Shown: piece by piece, positions 27,799-37,230 of the stretch | Layout: each line of letters opens with the position of its first letter | Numbering within the stretch: position 1 is the first letter of the stretch | Assembly: GCA_038321825.1 (NCBI GenBank) | Contig: JBBQFK010000001.1 | Span: 1,197 to 65,196 of the forward strand | Origin: Cyanophyceae cyanobacterium | Lineage (GTDB): Bacteria > Cyanobacteriota > Cyanobacteriia > Cyanobacteriales > JAAUUE01 | Direction of reading: 5' to 3' | DNA: 64,000 nucleotides | Made by a program: the position numbers and the translations under genes | Notes under the pieces: model-generated | The model's input: the letters and a program-made list of their open reading frames with translations, nothing else | Databases searched by the model: none | Told to the model about the DNA's origin: nothing

Positions 27799-30531
27799 TT
27801 AAGGCTCGCCAATTAAATCAATCACCGCATGGAGGAGAGTATTATCGTGGAAACTACTTTTGGTTAAATAATAATTAGCTCCAGCTTCCATGCCCCGCAA
27901 ACGGTCTTCTTCCCGGTCTTTGTAAGAAACAATAATCACGGGCAGAGATTTCAAATTTGGGTTGCCTTTGATTTGATTGACTAGTTCGATACCATTCATC
28001 CGGGGCATATCTATGTCAGTGACGATGAGGTCATAAACTCCAGTTCGCACCGCATTCCAGCCATCAATTCCATTGACAGCAACTTCTACTTTATAACCTT
28101 TATTTTCCAAAATTTTTCGCTCCATTTCCCGAACAGTGATCGAGTCATCCACCACGAGGATTTTCCGAGTAGTTTGGGTCAGGGTTTGTACTTGTCGATC
28201 GCTGACCTGATCCAATTGACCACTGGTGAGGAGAGTCGTGATCGATCGCACCAAATCCTCCACATCCACAATCAACACTGGAGTACCATCATCCATCAAC
28301 GCTGCCGCACTGATATCCCGGACTTTGCCCAAGCGGGGATCAAGGGGACGCACCACTAGCTCCCGTTCTCCGAGGAAGCGATCGACCACTAGCCCGTAGG
28401 CATTACCATAAGCTCCGGTTTCACTGACCACAATTACCGAAATTAAATCTGTGTCATTGATAACCGAGGGCAGTGTTAATACTTGAGCTGCTGAGATTAA
28501 GCCAATGTGTCTTTCGGTTTTAATAGCTAGATGGGAAACTGAATTCTTAGTTAGATTCTTAGTTAGATTCTTAGTTAGATTCATCGCTGAATTTTTACTT
28601 GAATTTTTACTTGCGTTGGTAGCCGCACCAGCACTAGTTGCTGATCGATCGGTGAAGTATTGGCGATTTTCCATCACATGAATCTCGGCTCTGGTTAACT
28701 GAACGACTCGATCGATCCGGGTCAAGGGAAAAGCGTAGGGTTCCCCCGCGATCTCGACTAGAAGCGTCCGCATAACTGAAAGCGTTAAGGGTAACTGGAG
28801 ATGAAAACTCATACCTAGCCCCGGATAGGACACTGCCCGGAGAGTTCCCCCCACCTGCTGCACCATGCTTTGGGCAATATCCAACCCCACACCCCGCCCC
28901 GAAATTTCTGTTACGGTCTTGGCAGTGGAAAATCCCGGCAGAAACAAAAATTCGAGGATCTCTGCTTCACTAAGTTGGACTGCCATCTGGGGAGTGGCTA
29001 ACTGCCGACTAATCACTTTTTGACGGAGTTCTTCTAGATCAACACCCCGCCCATCATCACTAATCGTCAGAGACAACATCCCTGCCCGGTGTCCAGCTTC
29101 AATCCGAATCGTCCCCTCTGGAGATTTACCTACGGCAATTCGTTCGGCGGGGGTTTCAAGGCCGTGGTCGATCGCATTCCGGAGAAGATGGGTGAGGGGA
29201 GCCTCTAGCCGTTCTAAAATATCTCGGTCTACTTCCGTAGCTTTGCCCAGAATCTCAAACCGGACTTGTTTCCCCAACTGCCGAGCCATATCTCGCATCA
29301 TCCGGGGAAATCCTTGGACTCCATCCCCCAAGGGAGCCATGTGGCTGGCAACAACTTCTCGGTAGAGGCGATCGGCTAGATTCCCAGACCGACGAGCATA
29401 CAATTCCACCTCACTCAGTCGATCGAGCAAAAATTCCTGACAGGCTCCGGCTTGATCCCTTGCTGCTTTAATTTGCGCTAGTTGGTTTGGTTCTAAATTC
29501 TTGCCGCCCAAGGATGTTTGTAATTTATCCAACAGGGAAGCTAGTTCGGTTTGTTGCTTTTTAAGTTGGAGTAGAGAATCTGCAAAGGGACGTAACCAGT
29601 TGGTTTCTACCAAGGTTTCCCCCGCCAGTCCCATCAAACGGTTGAGGTTATCTGCCCGGACTCGGATCATCCTGTCTAAGCTGGAATTGGGGGCAATGGC
29701 AGAATCTTGATTTTTCTTGAGCAGGTCTGATTGAGGATTGATTGGGGGAATAGCTATTGGAGAATTTATAGGTGGATTTATTGGAGAATTTATAGATGGA
29801 TTTATTGGAGAATTTATAGATGGATTTATAGGTGGATTATCTGGCGAACTGTCTGATGATCGAGACGAACTAGCAAAATCTGGAGTAACTTCTGAATTAG
29901 TAGAATTAGCCTCAGGAGCATAGTTAGGGGTAATCTCTAGAGTGATTTTTGGCAGAACTTCTGGAGTAATTTCAAGAAGAGGTTCGGGGATAATCTCTGG
30001 AAAAACTTCTGGAAAAACTTCTGGGTTTGGTAACTTTAGGGGCGTAAGCGGGTGATCGATCGAGGTATTAGAACTAGTTGGATTAGTTAGATTAGTTGGA
30101 TTAGTTAGATTAGTTGGATTAGTTAGAGAGGGATGGAGAATTTGGGCGATCGCTGTCATCACTGCGGGGGTATCGGCAGGAAATAGTCCCTGTTCTAGGT
30201 CGATGGGGGGAATTTGGGTGATGGCAAGTAATTGATCTACTCCCCGGAGCAGAGCATCGATTTCTGGTGAACCGAGGGTGACTTTTCCCTGTTGGGCAGC
30301 CACAAAACAATCTTCCATCACATAGGCAATTTCCACCGCCGCATTTACCTGAACAATCCGGGCAGCTCCTTTCACCGAATGGGCGGCTCGCATCAGGGCA
30401 GCAAGATTTTCCACCACATTGGCATTAGTTTCTAGGGCAAGGAGACCATCACTTAAGATTGCGGTCTGGGTTTCGACTTCCATGCGAAATAAATCAAACA
30501 TGGAAAAATTACTGAGATCCTGTCCATTCAT
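27799..30531 (-). CDS. cheA: CheA-type hybrid histidine kinase (Hpt-HATPase-CheW-REC), WspE-like
   Basis: Hpt AHSVKGAARIV; HLLRNAIDHGLE; DDGRGVD; GRGVGLD. C-terminal REC ILVVDDSITVRE...DLIVTDIDMPRMNG. Low-complexity repeat inserts. Confidence 0.9.
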   Translation of the reverse strand: MNGQDLSNFSMFDLFRMEVETQTAILSDGLLALETNANVVENLAALMRAAHSVKGAARIVQVNAAVEIAYVMEDCFVAAQQGKVTLGSPEIDALLRGVDQLLAITQIPPIDLEQGLFPADTPAVMTAIAQILHPSLTNPTNLTNPTNLTNPTSSNTSIDHPLTPLKLPNPEVFPEVFPEIIPEPLLEITPEVLPKITLEITPNYAPEANSTNSEVTPDFASSSRSSDSSPDNPPINPSINSPINPSINSPINPPINSPIAIPPINPQSDLLKKNQDSAIAPNSSLDRMIRVRADNLNRLMGLAGETLVETNWLRPFADSLLQLKKQQTELASLLDKLQTSLGGKNLEPNQLAQIKAARDQAGACQEFLLDRLSEVELYARRSGNLADRLYREVVASHMAPLGDGVQGFPRMMRDMARQLGKQVRFEILGKATEVDRDILERLEAPLTHLLRNAIDHGLETPAERIAVGKSPEGTIRIEAGHRAGMLSLTISDDGRGVDLEELRQKVISRQLATPQMAVQLSEAEILEFLFLPGFSTAKTVTEISGRGVGLDIAQSMVQQVGGTLRAVSYPGLGMSFHLQLPLTLSVMRTLLVEIAGEPYAFPLTRIDRVVQLTRAEIHVMENRQYFTDRSATSAGAATNASKNSSKNSAMNLTKNLTKNLTKNSVSHLAIKTERHIGLISAAQVLTLPSVINDTDLISVIVVSETGAYGNAYGLVVDRFLGERELVVRPLDPRLGKVRDISAAALMDDGTPVLIVDVEDLVRSITTLLTSGQLDQVSDRQVQTLTQTTRKILVVDDSITVREMERKILENKGYKVEVAVNGIDGWNAVRTGVYDLIVTDIDMPRMNGIELVNQIKGNPNLKSLPVIIVSYKDREEDRLRGMEAGANYYLTKSSFHDNTLLHAVIDLIGEP
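28544..28582. repeat. In-frame 12-nt tandem repeat (TTCTTAGTTAGA)x3 inside cheA (encodes NLTK x3)
   Basis: Read directly. The unit is a multiple of 3. Confidence 0.85.
29756..29840. repeat. In-frame 24-nt tandem repeat x3.5 inside cheA (encodes INSPINPS units)
   Basis: attggagaatttatagRtggattt is repeated head to tail. Confidence 0.85.
30076..30127. repeat. In-frame 18-nt tandem repeat (AGTTGGATTAGTTAGATT)x2.9 inside cheA (encodes NPTNLT units)
   Basis: Read directly. Confidence 0.9.
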
Positions 30532-30547
30532 AAGTTAGAGTGTCAGA

Positions 30548-31462
30548 TTAAAGTACCCGCCGATTTAGGGTATGAAACAATAGCTCATCATCTAGATAGT
30601 TCACATGATATCTAGTTTGGTTTGTTTGCCAATCAAAAACTCCTTGGGTGTAGCTGTGGGCTGCCTTGGAGATTACCACTGGAGCAGGGCGCAGGGCTTG
30701 TACAGAAAAGTGTTGGACTCCATAGATTTCATCCACCGGAAAAACCCAGAGGCTACCTTCTCGCTCTACCACCACCAGACGTTGATAAACTAAGTGGTTA
30801 ATTTTTTGGATGGGTTGATTAGTTTGGGAGATAGTTTTAGAAATAGTTTTAGAGATAGTTTTAGAGATAGCTGAGGAGCCGTGGGGAGAGATGATCTTAG
30901 CCCCGGTTTTTGCCGTAACTCCTGAGTTGACCTCTAATCCAGTTTCTAAGCCAAGGAGATGATGTAGGGAAATACAAAGCTGAAGTTCGCCCCGGATACT
31001 CACTATCCCCAAGAAAACCTCACTGCTCCGGTGGGGTAAAGTCCGCACGACACTAGGTTCAGTGATTTCCTTAAAAATACTTGCCTTGAGGGCTAACCAT
31101 TCTTTCTGCAAGCGAAAAACCACCACAGATAAAACTTTATTAGTGAGGGTCTTTCCTTTGGAGACTACGAGGGAATTTTCTGCCCCGGCAATTTCTTGTT
31201 TATTATTAGTGGTATTGCCAGCGATCGCTCCCTTAGTATTTTCTATATTTTCTGTAGTTTCAGCTAACAATTTAGTCCATTCTTGCTGATAACCGGAGGG
31301 GGGTTGTCGATCGAGCAGTTGCCGACCACCTTGGGAATAGACATCACAGTTACGGCAATGAATCACCGTGGTTAATTCCGGACAGGATCGATCGCCCTTC
31401 ACCCCGATCGTGTTCCAGCAGCTTTGAGAATTACTTTGTGACCTAGGTATAGAAAGATTCAT
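30548..31462 (-). CDS. CheW-like coupling protein with N-terminal 4-Cys motif (WspD-like position)
   Basis: CheW core LSVVVFRLQKEWLALKASIF...VVVEREGSLWVFPVDEIYGV. N-terminal CWNTIGVKGDRSCPELTTVIHCRNCDVY. Confidence 0.75.
   Translation of the reverse strand: MNLSIPRSQSNSQSCWNTIGVKGDRSCPELTTVIHCRNCDVYSQGGRQLLDRQPPSGYQQEWTKLLAETTENIENTKGAIAGNTTNNKQEIAGAENSLVVSKGKTLTNKVLSVVVFRLQKEWLALKASIFKEITEPSVVRTLPHRSSEVFLGIVSIRGELQLCISLHHLLGLETGLEVNSGVTAKTGAKIISPHGSSAISKTISKTISKTISQTNQPIQKINHLVYQRLVVVEREGSLWVFPVDEIYGVQHFSVQALRPAPVVISKAAHSYTQGVFDWQTNQTRYHVNYLDDELLFHTLNRRVL
30829..30870. repeat. In-frame 12-nt tandem repeat x3.5 inside the cheW-like gene (encodes ISKT x4)
   Basis: atagttttagaR is repeated. 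Confidence 0.85.
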
Positions 31463-31503
31463 AGGTTGATTTAGATACTTACAAGCTTATACAAAAACTT
31501 ACA

Positions 31504-33123
31504 CTAAGCCTCTTGGACTTTGAAACCAGCTACTTCCCGGCGGAGATTTTGGGCAGCTTCGTTGAGTTGCTCGATCGCACTATTGGTTTCTCGTAAAGCA
31601 CTAGCAGTTTGCAGAGAAGATTCACTAAGCTGGCGCATGGCTTCGCTGATCTGCTGAGTTCCCTGGGCTTGAGCTTCCATACCCTGATTCACGAAAGTAA
31701 ACTGGGGGCCCAGAGCCTGTACTTGCTCAATGATAACCGTTAGCTGATCACTAGTTTTCTGGACATCACCCACGCCCTGATCCACTTCCCGGCTAAATTT
31801 ATCCATTTCCATCACCCCCGTAGACACCGCCCCCTGCATTTCCTTCACCATCTGCTCAATATCTAATGTAGCAATGGCAGCCTGATCTGCTAATCTTCTA
31901 ATTTCCCTTGCTACCACCGCAAAACCTAAACCATACTCCCCAGCTTTCTCGGCTTCGATCGCCGCATTCAAAGATAACAAATTAGTCTGATCCGCTACTT
32001 TGGTAATCGTCGCCACCACGCCATTGATATTATTTGCTTTCTCACTGATAATGCCCAACTTGGTCGAAATTGAATCTGTCGCCGCCGCCAACTGCCGCAT
32101 CGTAGTTTCCATTCTGCCGAGGTCTTTTTTGCCCCCGTCTGCCGCCTTATTACCCACCTCGATCATCTCTACTACTACCAGCATGGTTTTTACCAGTTCA
32201 TTAGTAGTTGCCGAAATTTCCCGTGTCGTTGCCACCACTTCATTTGTCGAAGCCACCTGCTCGGTCATTGTCGCTTCTAATTGTTTTCCAGAAGCCGCTA
32301 TTTGGGTAGAAGAAGTAGTAACTTGAATCCCTGAATGTTGGACTTGACGAATCAAAGCATTGAGGCTTTGTACCATATTTTTCAGGGCTGTAAATAACCT
32401 GCCAATATCATCATTACTACTAGCATCTAATTTTGTAGTCAGATCTCCCGTAGAAACTTGTTCCGCAGCTTTTACAGCTTCTTCTAAAGCCCGGCGGAGA
32501 GTATTAGCAATGACAACAGATACAATAACAGAGACTAATATAATAACTATAATACTGCCCCAGCTTGTATAGTTGAGAAAAGATTGAGCTTTTATAGAGT
32601 CTTCTTTTCTTTTAATTAAAATCTGATCCTCTATAGCATTCATTTCATCTAATTTAAGTTTAAGCTCATTCATGTTTGTTCTATTAACCGGATCTAAGAA
32701 CCTAGCTCTAACTTCATCGTCTCTATTAGCTTTTTTTAACATTGTGGCATTATTGATAGATGCCAATCTTTCTTGCACTAATGGTCTGATTTTTGATAAT
32801 CTTTGAAGTTGTAATGGATCAATAATTACTTGTTCTAGCTGTATAAAAATTTTGTTGACTTCTTCATCTAATTTAACTGATTCATTTAAGTAGCTTTGAT
32901 CCCCAGAAATTATAAAGGCTCGGTTTTCACTTTGGGCGGTTAAAATTAGATTTTCTAACTTTTCAATATCTGCTTTAATTTGGTAAGTAAGAGATAATTG
33001 CTTAATTGATTCTACTAAAGTATCACTGGTTGATTTTGAAATCAAACTAGTAACCAGAGTAACGATCACAACAATACCAAAACCTAGGGGAACTAACTGA
33101 TTAATTTTCAATCCTTGCTTCAT
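31504..33123 (-). CDS. Methyl-accepting chemotaxis protein (TM-CHASE3-like-TM-HAMP-MCP signalling domain)
   Basis: Invariant hairpin [35 protein letters not shown]. Two TM segments flank a CHASE3-like region ([14 protein letters not shown]). Confidence 0.9.
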   Translation of the reverse strand: MKQGLKINQLVPLGFGIVVIVTLVTSLISKSTSDTLVESIKQLSLTYQIKADIEKLENLILTAQSENRAFIISGDQSYLNESVKLDEEVNKIFIQLEQVIIDPLQLQRLSKIRPLVQERLASINNATMLKKANRDDEVRARFLDPVNRTNMNELKLKLDEMNAIEDQILIKRKEDSIKAQSFLNYTSWGSIIVIILVSVIVSVVIANTLRRALEEAVKAAEQVSTGDLTTKLDASSNDDIGRLFTALKNMVQSLNALIRQVQHSGIQVTTSSTQIAASGKQLEATMTEQVASTNEVVATTREISATTNELVKTMLVVVEMIEVGNKAADGGKKDLGRMETTMRQLAAATDSISTKLGIISEKANNINGVVATITKVADQTNLLSLNAAIEAEKAGEYGLGFAVVAREIRRLADQAAIATLDIEQMVKEMQGAVSTGVMEMDKFSREVDQGVGDVQKTSDQLTVIIEQVQALGPQFTFVNQGMEAQAQGTQQISEAMRQLSESSLQTASALRETNSAIEQLNEAAQNLRREVAGFKVQEA

Positions 33124-33151
33124 ATACTTTTGTTGGGAGAATAATTTTCAT

Positions 33152-34528
33152 CTATTTTTGGAGTCTTTGGACTCTTTGCCAAATTACGGCGGCTCGATTT
33201 AGATCACCCTGTTCTTCCTTGATTAATGCTAAGTGTACCAGAGCTTCTTCTAAATGAGGATTAAGATAAATAGCCCTTTCAAAGTTTAACTCTGCTTTCT
33301 CTAGTTGTCCTTGGGCTTGATGGAGTTCCCCTAGCAAATAATGAGCCTCAGCACTAGCACGGTTTCCTTGCAGATAGGCTTTACAGGCTGTAATTGCTTT
33401 ATCTAGTTGTCCTCGATCGGCTAAATCTCTAGCACTAGCTAAGGCGTTTATAAGGATGTTTTGTGAAGATTCTTGGAGTAGTTCTTGAAATAATTTTTCC
33501 GGGATATTTGTAGCATGATGTTTCTGACTAGATTGAGGTTTAGATTTAGACAGGAACGGTGGTTGATCGCCCACAATTTCAGAAGCAATTTTAGGAATAG
33601 TTTTAGGAATGGTTTTTGGGGGCGGGGAGGAAAAAGAAGCAGGAGATGTATTTGTGAGGGGAAATTTGACAGGAAGTTGAGGGTTAATTTTTTGGTAGGC
33701 AAAGGCGAGGGGATGGGGGATCGAAGTAAATTTGGGAGAAGTTGAGATTTGCCCTGTTTCCGAGTGACCGACAAAGAGTAAGCCCAAGGGTTTGAGGAGG
33801 TAATGGAGATGCTCGATCGTTCTGTTTCTTGCCATCAGATCAAAATAAATTAAAACATTCCGACAAAAGATCACATCATAAAAACCCTGCTGCGAAGAGA
33901 GGTTTGGGTCTAAATTTAGGTTTAATAAGTTGCTCTGCTGAAAATTAACAGTAGAAGCGATCGACTCCTTTAGTTTGTAATTGCTGCCCACGGGATGAAA
34001 ATAGCTCTCACGAAAGGTATTAATTTTCCCCCGGAAAGAATTAGGGCTGTAAAGGGCTTGGCGGGCTTTTGTCAGGGCAACTTTACTAATATCTAGGGCA
34101 TCAATCCGAAAGTTATGAATAGATAGCCCCGCCTCTAGGAGAGTGATGGCGATCGAGTAGGGTTCTTCCCCCGTGGCACAGGGCGCACTGAGAATGTTAA
34201 ATACTCTGGAAGGATTAGTTCGCCATAGGGCTTTAATATACTCCCCTAGATAATTAAAGGGTTCCCGGTCACGAAAAAACCAAGTTTCTGGCACCACTAC
34301 CGCCTCGATTAAGGCTTCTAACTCCACAGAATTACCGACAAGGTGGCTGTAATAGGTGGCTAAATCGTGGAGGCCCAAAGCCCGACAACGCTGCTCTACG
34401 GCTCCGGTAATCACCTGAGAGCCAAGGGAGTTTGCCTCTAGTCCGATCGATCGCCTCAACAGAGCTTCAATGGCGGTCTCTTGATTTTGGCGGTCTTGAT
34501 ATTTGTCTTGATAGTTATGATCTGACAC
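33152..34528 (-). CDS. cheR: CheR methyltransferase with C-terminal TPR region (WspC-like)
   Basis: ETWFFRDREPF, ILSAPCATGEEPYSIAI and DVIFCRNVLIYF, with a C-terminal TPR region (AEAHYLLGELHQAQGQLEKAELNFERAIYLNP). Confidence 0.85.
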   Translation of the reverse strand: MSDHNYQDKYQDRQNQETAIEALLRRSIGLEANSLGSQVITGAVEQRCRALGLHDLATYYSHLVGNSVELEALIEAVVVPETWFFRDREPFNYLGEYIKALWRTNPSRVFNILSAPCATGEEPYSIAITLLEAGLSIHNFRIDALDISKVALTKARQALYSPNSFRGKINTFRESYFHPVGSNYKLKESIASTVNFQQSNLLNLNLDPNLSSQQGFYDVIFCRNVLIYFDLMARNRTIEHLHYLLKPLGLLFVGHSETGQISTSPKFTSIPHPLAFAYQKINPQLPVKFPLTNTSPASFSSPPPKTIPKTIPKIASEIVGDQPPFLSKSKPQSSQKHHATNIPEKLFQELLQESSQNILINALASARDLADRGQLDKAITACKAYLQGNRASAEAHYLLGELHQAQGQLEKAELNFERAIYLNPHLEEALVHLALIKEEQGDLNRAAVIWQRVQRLQK

Positions 34529-34548
34529 TTGTTTAATTATTCACTTAA

Positions 34549-35160
34549 TTATTCAGTGGCTGCGAGGAGGGCGATCGAGGACACTCCTGATAATAAATGT
34601 TCAATCTGAATTAACTGAATCATTCCCTGATCATCTGTAATTATTTTGCCCAAATAAGGTGCTGTATCTATCCTGATTGCTTTTTCTTTAAGATCATTTA
34701 CTGATACATCTAGAGTTGTGGTCACTCGTTCCGCCCGTAATCCTAGTAGGTGTGAGGTAGGCGAACTGATCTGTTCAGTAACTGGGTTATTTTGAGTATC
34801 TTGGTTGATCGAGTTAGTTGGGTTAGTTGGGTTAATTGAGTTAATTGAGTTAGTTGGGTTAATTGGGTCGATCAAGTTAATCGGGTTAATTGATTTAATT
34901 GGGTTAATTGAGTTAGTTGAGTTAGCTTGACTCTTGACCAAAATAATCCGGGTACTCAGCAGATTTGGACAGGCTTTCCCTTGGATTAGGTAGCTGAGAT
35001 CCAGTACAGGAATGATTTGTCCTTGATAGTTGAATAATCCAGAAATATACTCTGGGGCATGGTTAATTTCTTTGAGGAGTAAGTTGGGAAATACCTGCAC
35101 TACCCGCTCACTCTCTAGGGCATAACGTTCTTGACCCACATGAAATAGCAATAGCAACAT
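34549..35160 (-). CDS. CheW-like coupling protein (WspB-like position)
   Basis: LLLFHVGQERYALESERVVQV...IPVLDL CheW core, interrupted by an Asn/Pro/Ile/Ser-rich repeat insert. Confidence 0.75.
   Translation of the reverse strand: MLLLLFHVGQERYALESERVVQVFPNLLLKEINHAPEYISGLFNYQGQIIPVLDLSYLIQGKACPNLLSTRIILVKSQANSTNSINPIKSINPINLIDPINPTNSINSINPTNPTNSINQDTQNNPVTEQISSPTSHLLGLRAERVTTTLDVSVNDLKEKAIRIDTAPYLGKIITDDQGMIQLIQIEHLLSGVSSIALLAATE
34811..34926. repeat. Degenerate in-frame 9-nt tandem repeat array (about 13 units GRGTTARTT) inside the cheW-like gene
   Basis: gagttagtt gggttagtt gggttaatt gagttaatt and so on, read directly. Confidence 0.85.
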
Positions 35161-35188
35161 GAAATTACCGATTTGGGTATGAATTAAG

Positions 35189-36415
35189 TTAAGTAGTTGC
35201 CCCTGATCTGGAAAGCGCTAATCTGGGAGAAAGGCGATCGAGTACCTGTCGGAGGACGATCGCTGTCCAGTCAATATCCGCCACCGTGGTTTGTTTACCG
35301 AGGGTGAGACGAATCCCGCCGAGGGCTTCCTGCTCTGTGTAACCCATTGCCAGGAGAACAGGACTAGGCATAGTTTTCCCGCTATGACAGGCAGAGCCAG
35401 AACTAATGCCAATCCCGGCTAGGTTCAACTGCCGGACTAGGGTTTTCCCGGTAATCTCTGGTCGATCGCTCAGGAAAGTAAAACTGACGTGGTGAGGCAG
35501 ACGTTTCTGTAGAGGCCCGGTGGTGACTAATCGAGGTATTCCTGCAAGCTGGGTAAATAATCTGTCCCGGAGTTTTTCTAACCGACACATTTCTGTGGGT
35601 AATTCTTCCGCCGCCAATTCCGCCGCAATACCAAACCCCGCAATAATCGGTACAGCTTGGGTTCCCGATCGCAACTGATTTTCTTGACCGCCCCCAAAGA
35701 GGAGAGGCACTAGGGCAGAGTCTACATTGGTCGGGTTGGTAATGGTTCTATTCCTGATCTGATCTGTGGGAGATTTGACATACAATGCTCCTGTGCCTTG
35801 GGGCCCGTAGAGTTTGTGGCTAGACAGAGAAAGGAAATCTACAGGGATTTTTTGGACATCGAGGGGATAACGTCCGGCGACTTGGACGGCATCGGTGTGA
35901 AACAGAATGCCATGACGTTGGGCGATCGCACACAATTCTGCTATAGGTTGAAGAGTTCCTACTTCACTCTGCCCGTAGATAATCGATACTAAAACCGTGT
36001 TTGGCTGAATTGCTCGCTCCAACTCTGCGGGATCAACTTGCCCTAGGCGATCGACCCCCAGCTTTGTTACTTCCCAGCCCCGACTTTCTAGCCAACTAGC
36101 AGGTTGAGAAATGGCTGAATGTTCTACCTGAGAAATTATCAAATGTTGGGGAGTAGCGTATTGATGGGCAACTCCGAAAATGGCGAGGTTGTTTGCCTCA
36201 GTACCGCCGGAAGTGAAGACGATCGACTCTGGATCCACCGCATGAATTAACCCCGCCACCTGCATTCTGGCAGTTTCGATCACCGTGGCGGATCGCTGTC
36301 CCCACTCGTGCAGACTAGAAGGATTGCCCCAATAGGTAGTCATCACCTGCTGAAGGAGGTCGATCGCTTCCGGGCGGGTGGGCGTGGTGGCACTGTGGTC
36401 GAGGTAAATTTGCAT
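35189..36415 (-). CDS. Cysteine desulfurase (class-V aminotransferase, NifS/IscS-like)
   Basis: PLP-lysine SSHKLYGPQGTGALY, GGGQENQLRSGT and active-site loop SSGSACHSG. Confidence 0.9.
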   Translation of the reverse strand: MQIYLDHSATTPTRPEAIDLLQQVMTTYWGNPSSLHEWGQRSATVIETARMQVAGLIHAVDPESIVFTSGGTEANNLAIFGVAHQYATPQHLIISQVEHSAISQPASWLESRGWEVTKLGVDRLGQVDPAELERAIQPNTVLVSIIYGQSEVGTLQPIAELCAIAQRHGILFHTDAVQVAGRYPLDVQKIPVDFLSLSSHKLYGPQGTGALYVKSPTDQIRNRTITNPTNVDSALVPLLFGGGQENQLRSGTQAVPIIAGFGIAAELAAEELPTEMCRLEKLRDRLFTQLAGIPRLVTTGPLQKRLPHHVSFTFLSDRPEITGKTLVRQLNLAGIGISSGSACHSGKTMPSPVLLAMGYTEQEALGGIRLTLGKQTTVADIDWTAIVLRQVLDRLSPRLALSRSGATT

Positions 36416-36731
36416 AGTTTTTTCCTTCCTAACCTTAACAATAACCCGAAATAAACCCCAGTAATTACCAGTAACTAGATAAGTTCATCAGACAATTTCA
36501 TTAGGGTCTAAGCCAAGCACTGGTGAAGCCTCCCTTTTGGAAAATCGCATCCATGCCAGCAACAAATCTAGCAGCAAACCCTTGTTAGTTCATAGGTATT
36601 TCTGATCTGATTTTGAGGCTATCAGGGGACGATCGCCCAGATCTAAAATAAGTCTTAAACAAAATTTGAGCTAGATATTGAGCTAAATATTAAAATAATT
36701 CTCAAACCCCTTTACAAAAATTAATAATACT

Positions 36732-36749
36732 GTTACATTAGTTTACATA
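36732..36749 (+). promoter_or_regulatory. HLR1 (high-light regulatory 1) direct repeat, candidate RpaB-type binding site
   Basis: GTTACATT-AG-TTTACATA matches (G/T)TTACA(T/A)(T/A)-N2-(G/T)TTACA(T/A)(T/A) exactly. Lies 60 bp upstream of the HLIP start codon. Confidence 0.65.
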
Positions 36750-36808
36750 GAGATTTGCAAGTAAAGATTTTTACCAAAATTCAACCAAAACTTCAAGGAG
36801 CTACTTAT

Positions 36809-37018
36809 ATGTCTAGAGGCATAATCGTTGACGAACAAGGCAAGCTAAACAACTTTGCGATCGAACCCGAAGTGTATGTACAGGAATCTGTAGAAGTGGG
36901 CTTTACTCCCAAGGCAGAAACCCTCAACGGTCGCCTCGCAATGATTGGTTTTGTCTCTCTGCTAATCCTTGAAGTGGTTACAGGTCACGGTGTCATCGGC
37001 TTCATTGGCAGCCTGTAA
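36809..37018 (+). CDS. hli: High-light-inducible protein (HLIP / one-helix CAB-like protein)
   Basis: Chlorophyll-binding helix [23 protein letters not shown] at 36809 is preceded by AAGGAG at 36795-36800. The upstream extension in the ORF track is unlikely. Confidence 0.85.
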   Translation: MSRGIIVDEQGKLNNFAIEPEVYVQESVEVGFTPKAETLNGRLAMIGFVSLLILEVVTGHGVIGFIGSL

Positions 37019-37230
37019 TCTTTGATAGATAGGTATTGATCGACTTGTCGGCGCTATAGACTTGAGTAGAAACTGCGGGAATAGTTCATCAACTCCAGAT
37101 TTATAAATTTTACCGACATCATATTTTTTAAAAATTAATTGGAATAATCAGGGAGGTAGCGGGCTGCTACTTCTCTATTTTTCTTCTTCCCAAGGACTTG
37201 CGACATAGGATATCTAGTTACGATAATGTA

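Noticed and set aside
29738-34926. Possible CRISPR arrays suggested by the regularly spaced short repeats
   Set aside because: The units are only 9-24 nt and directly abutting with no unique spacers. They lie inside CDSs in frame, and no cas genes are present. They are tandem micro/minisatellites, not CRISPR.
36755-36808. Upstream TTG/ATG-extended start of the HLIP ORF (87 aa in the track)
   Set aside because: The ATG at 36809 has an AAGGAG 9 nt upstream and yields a typical ~70-aa HLIP. The extension would run into the HLR1/promoter region.
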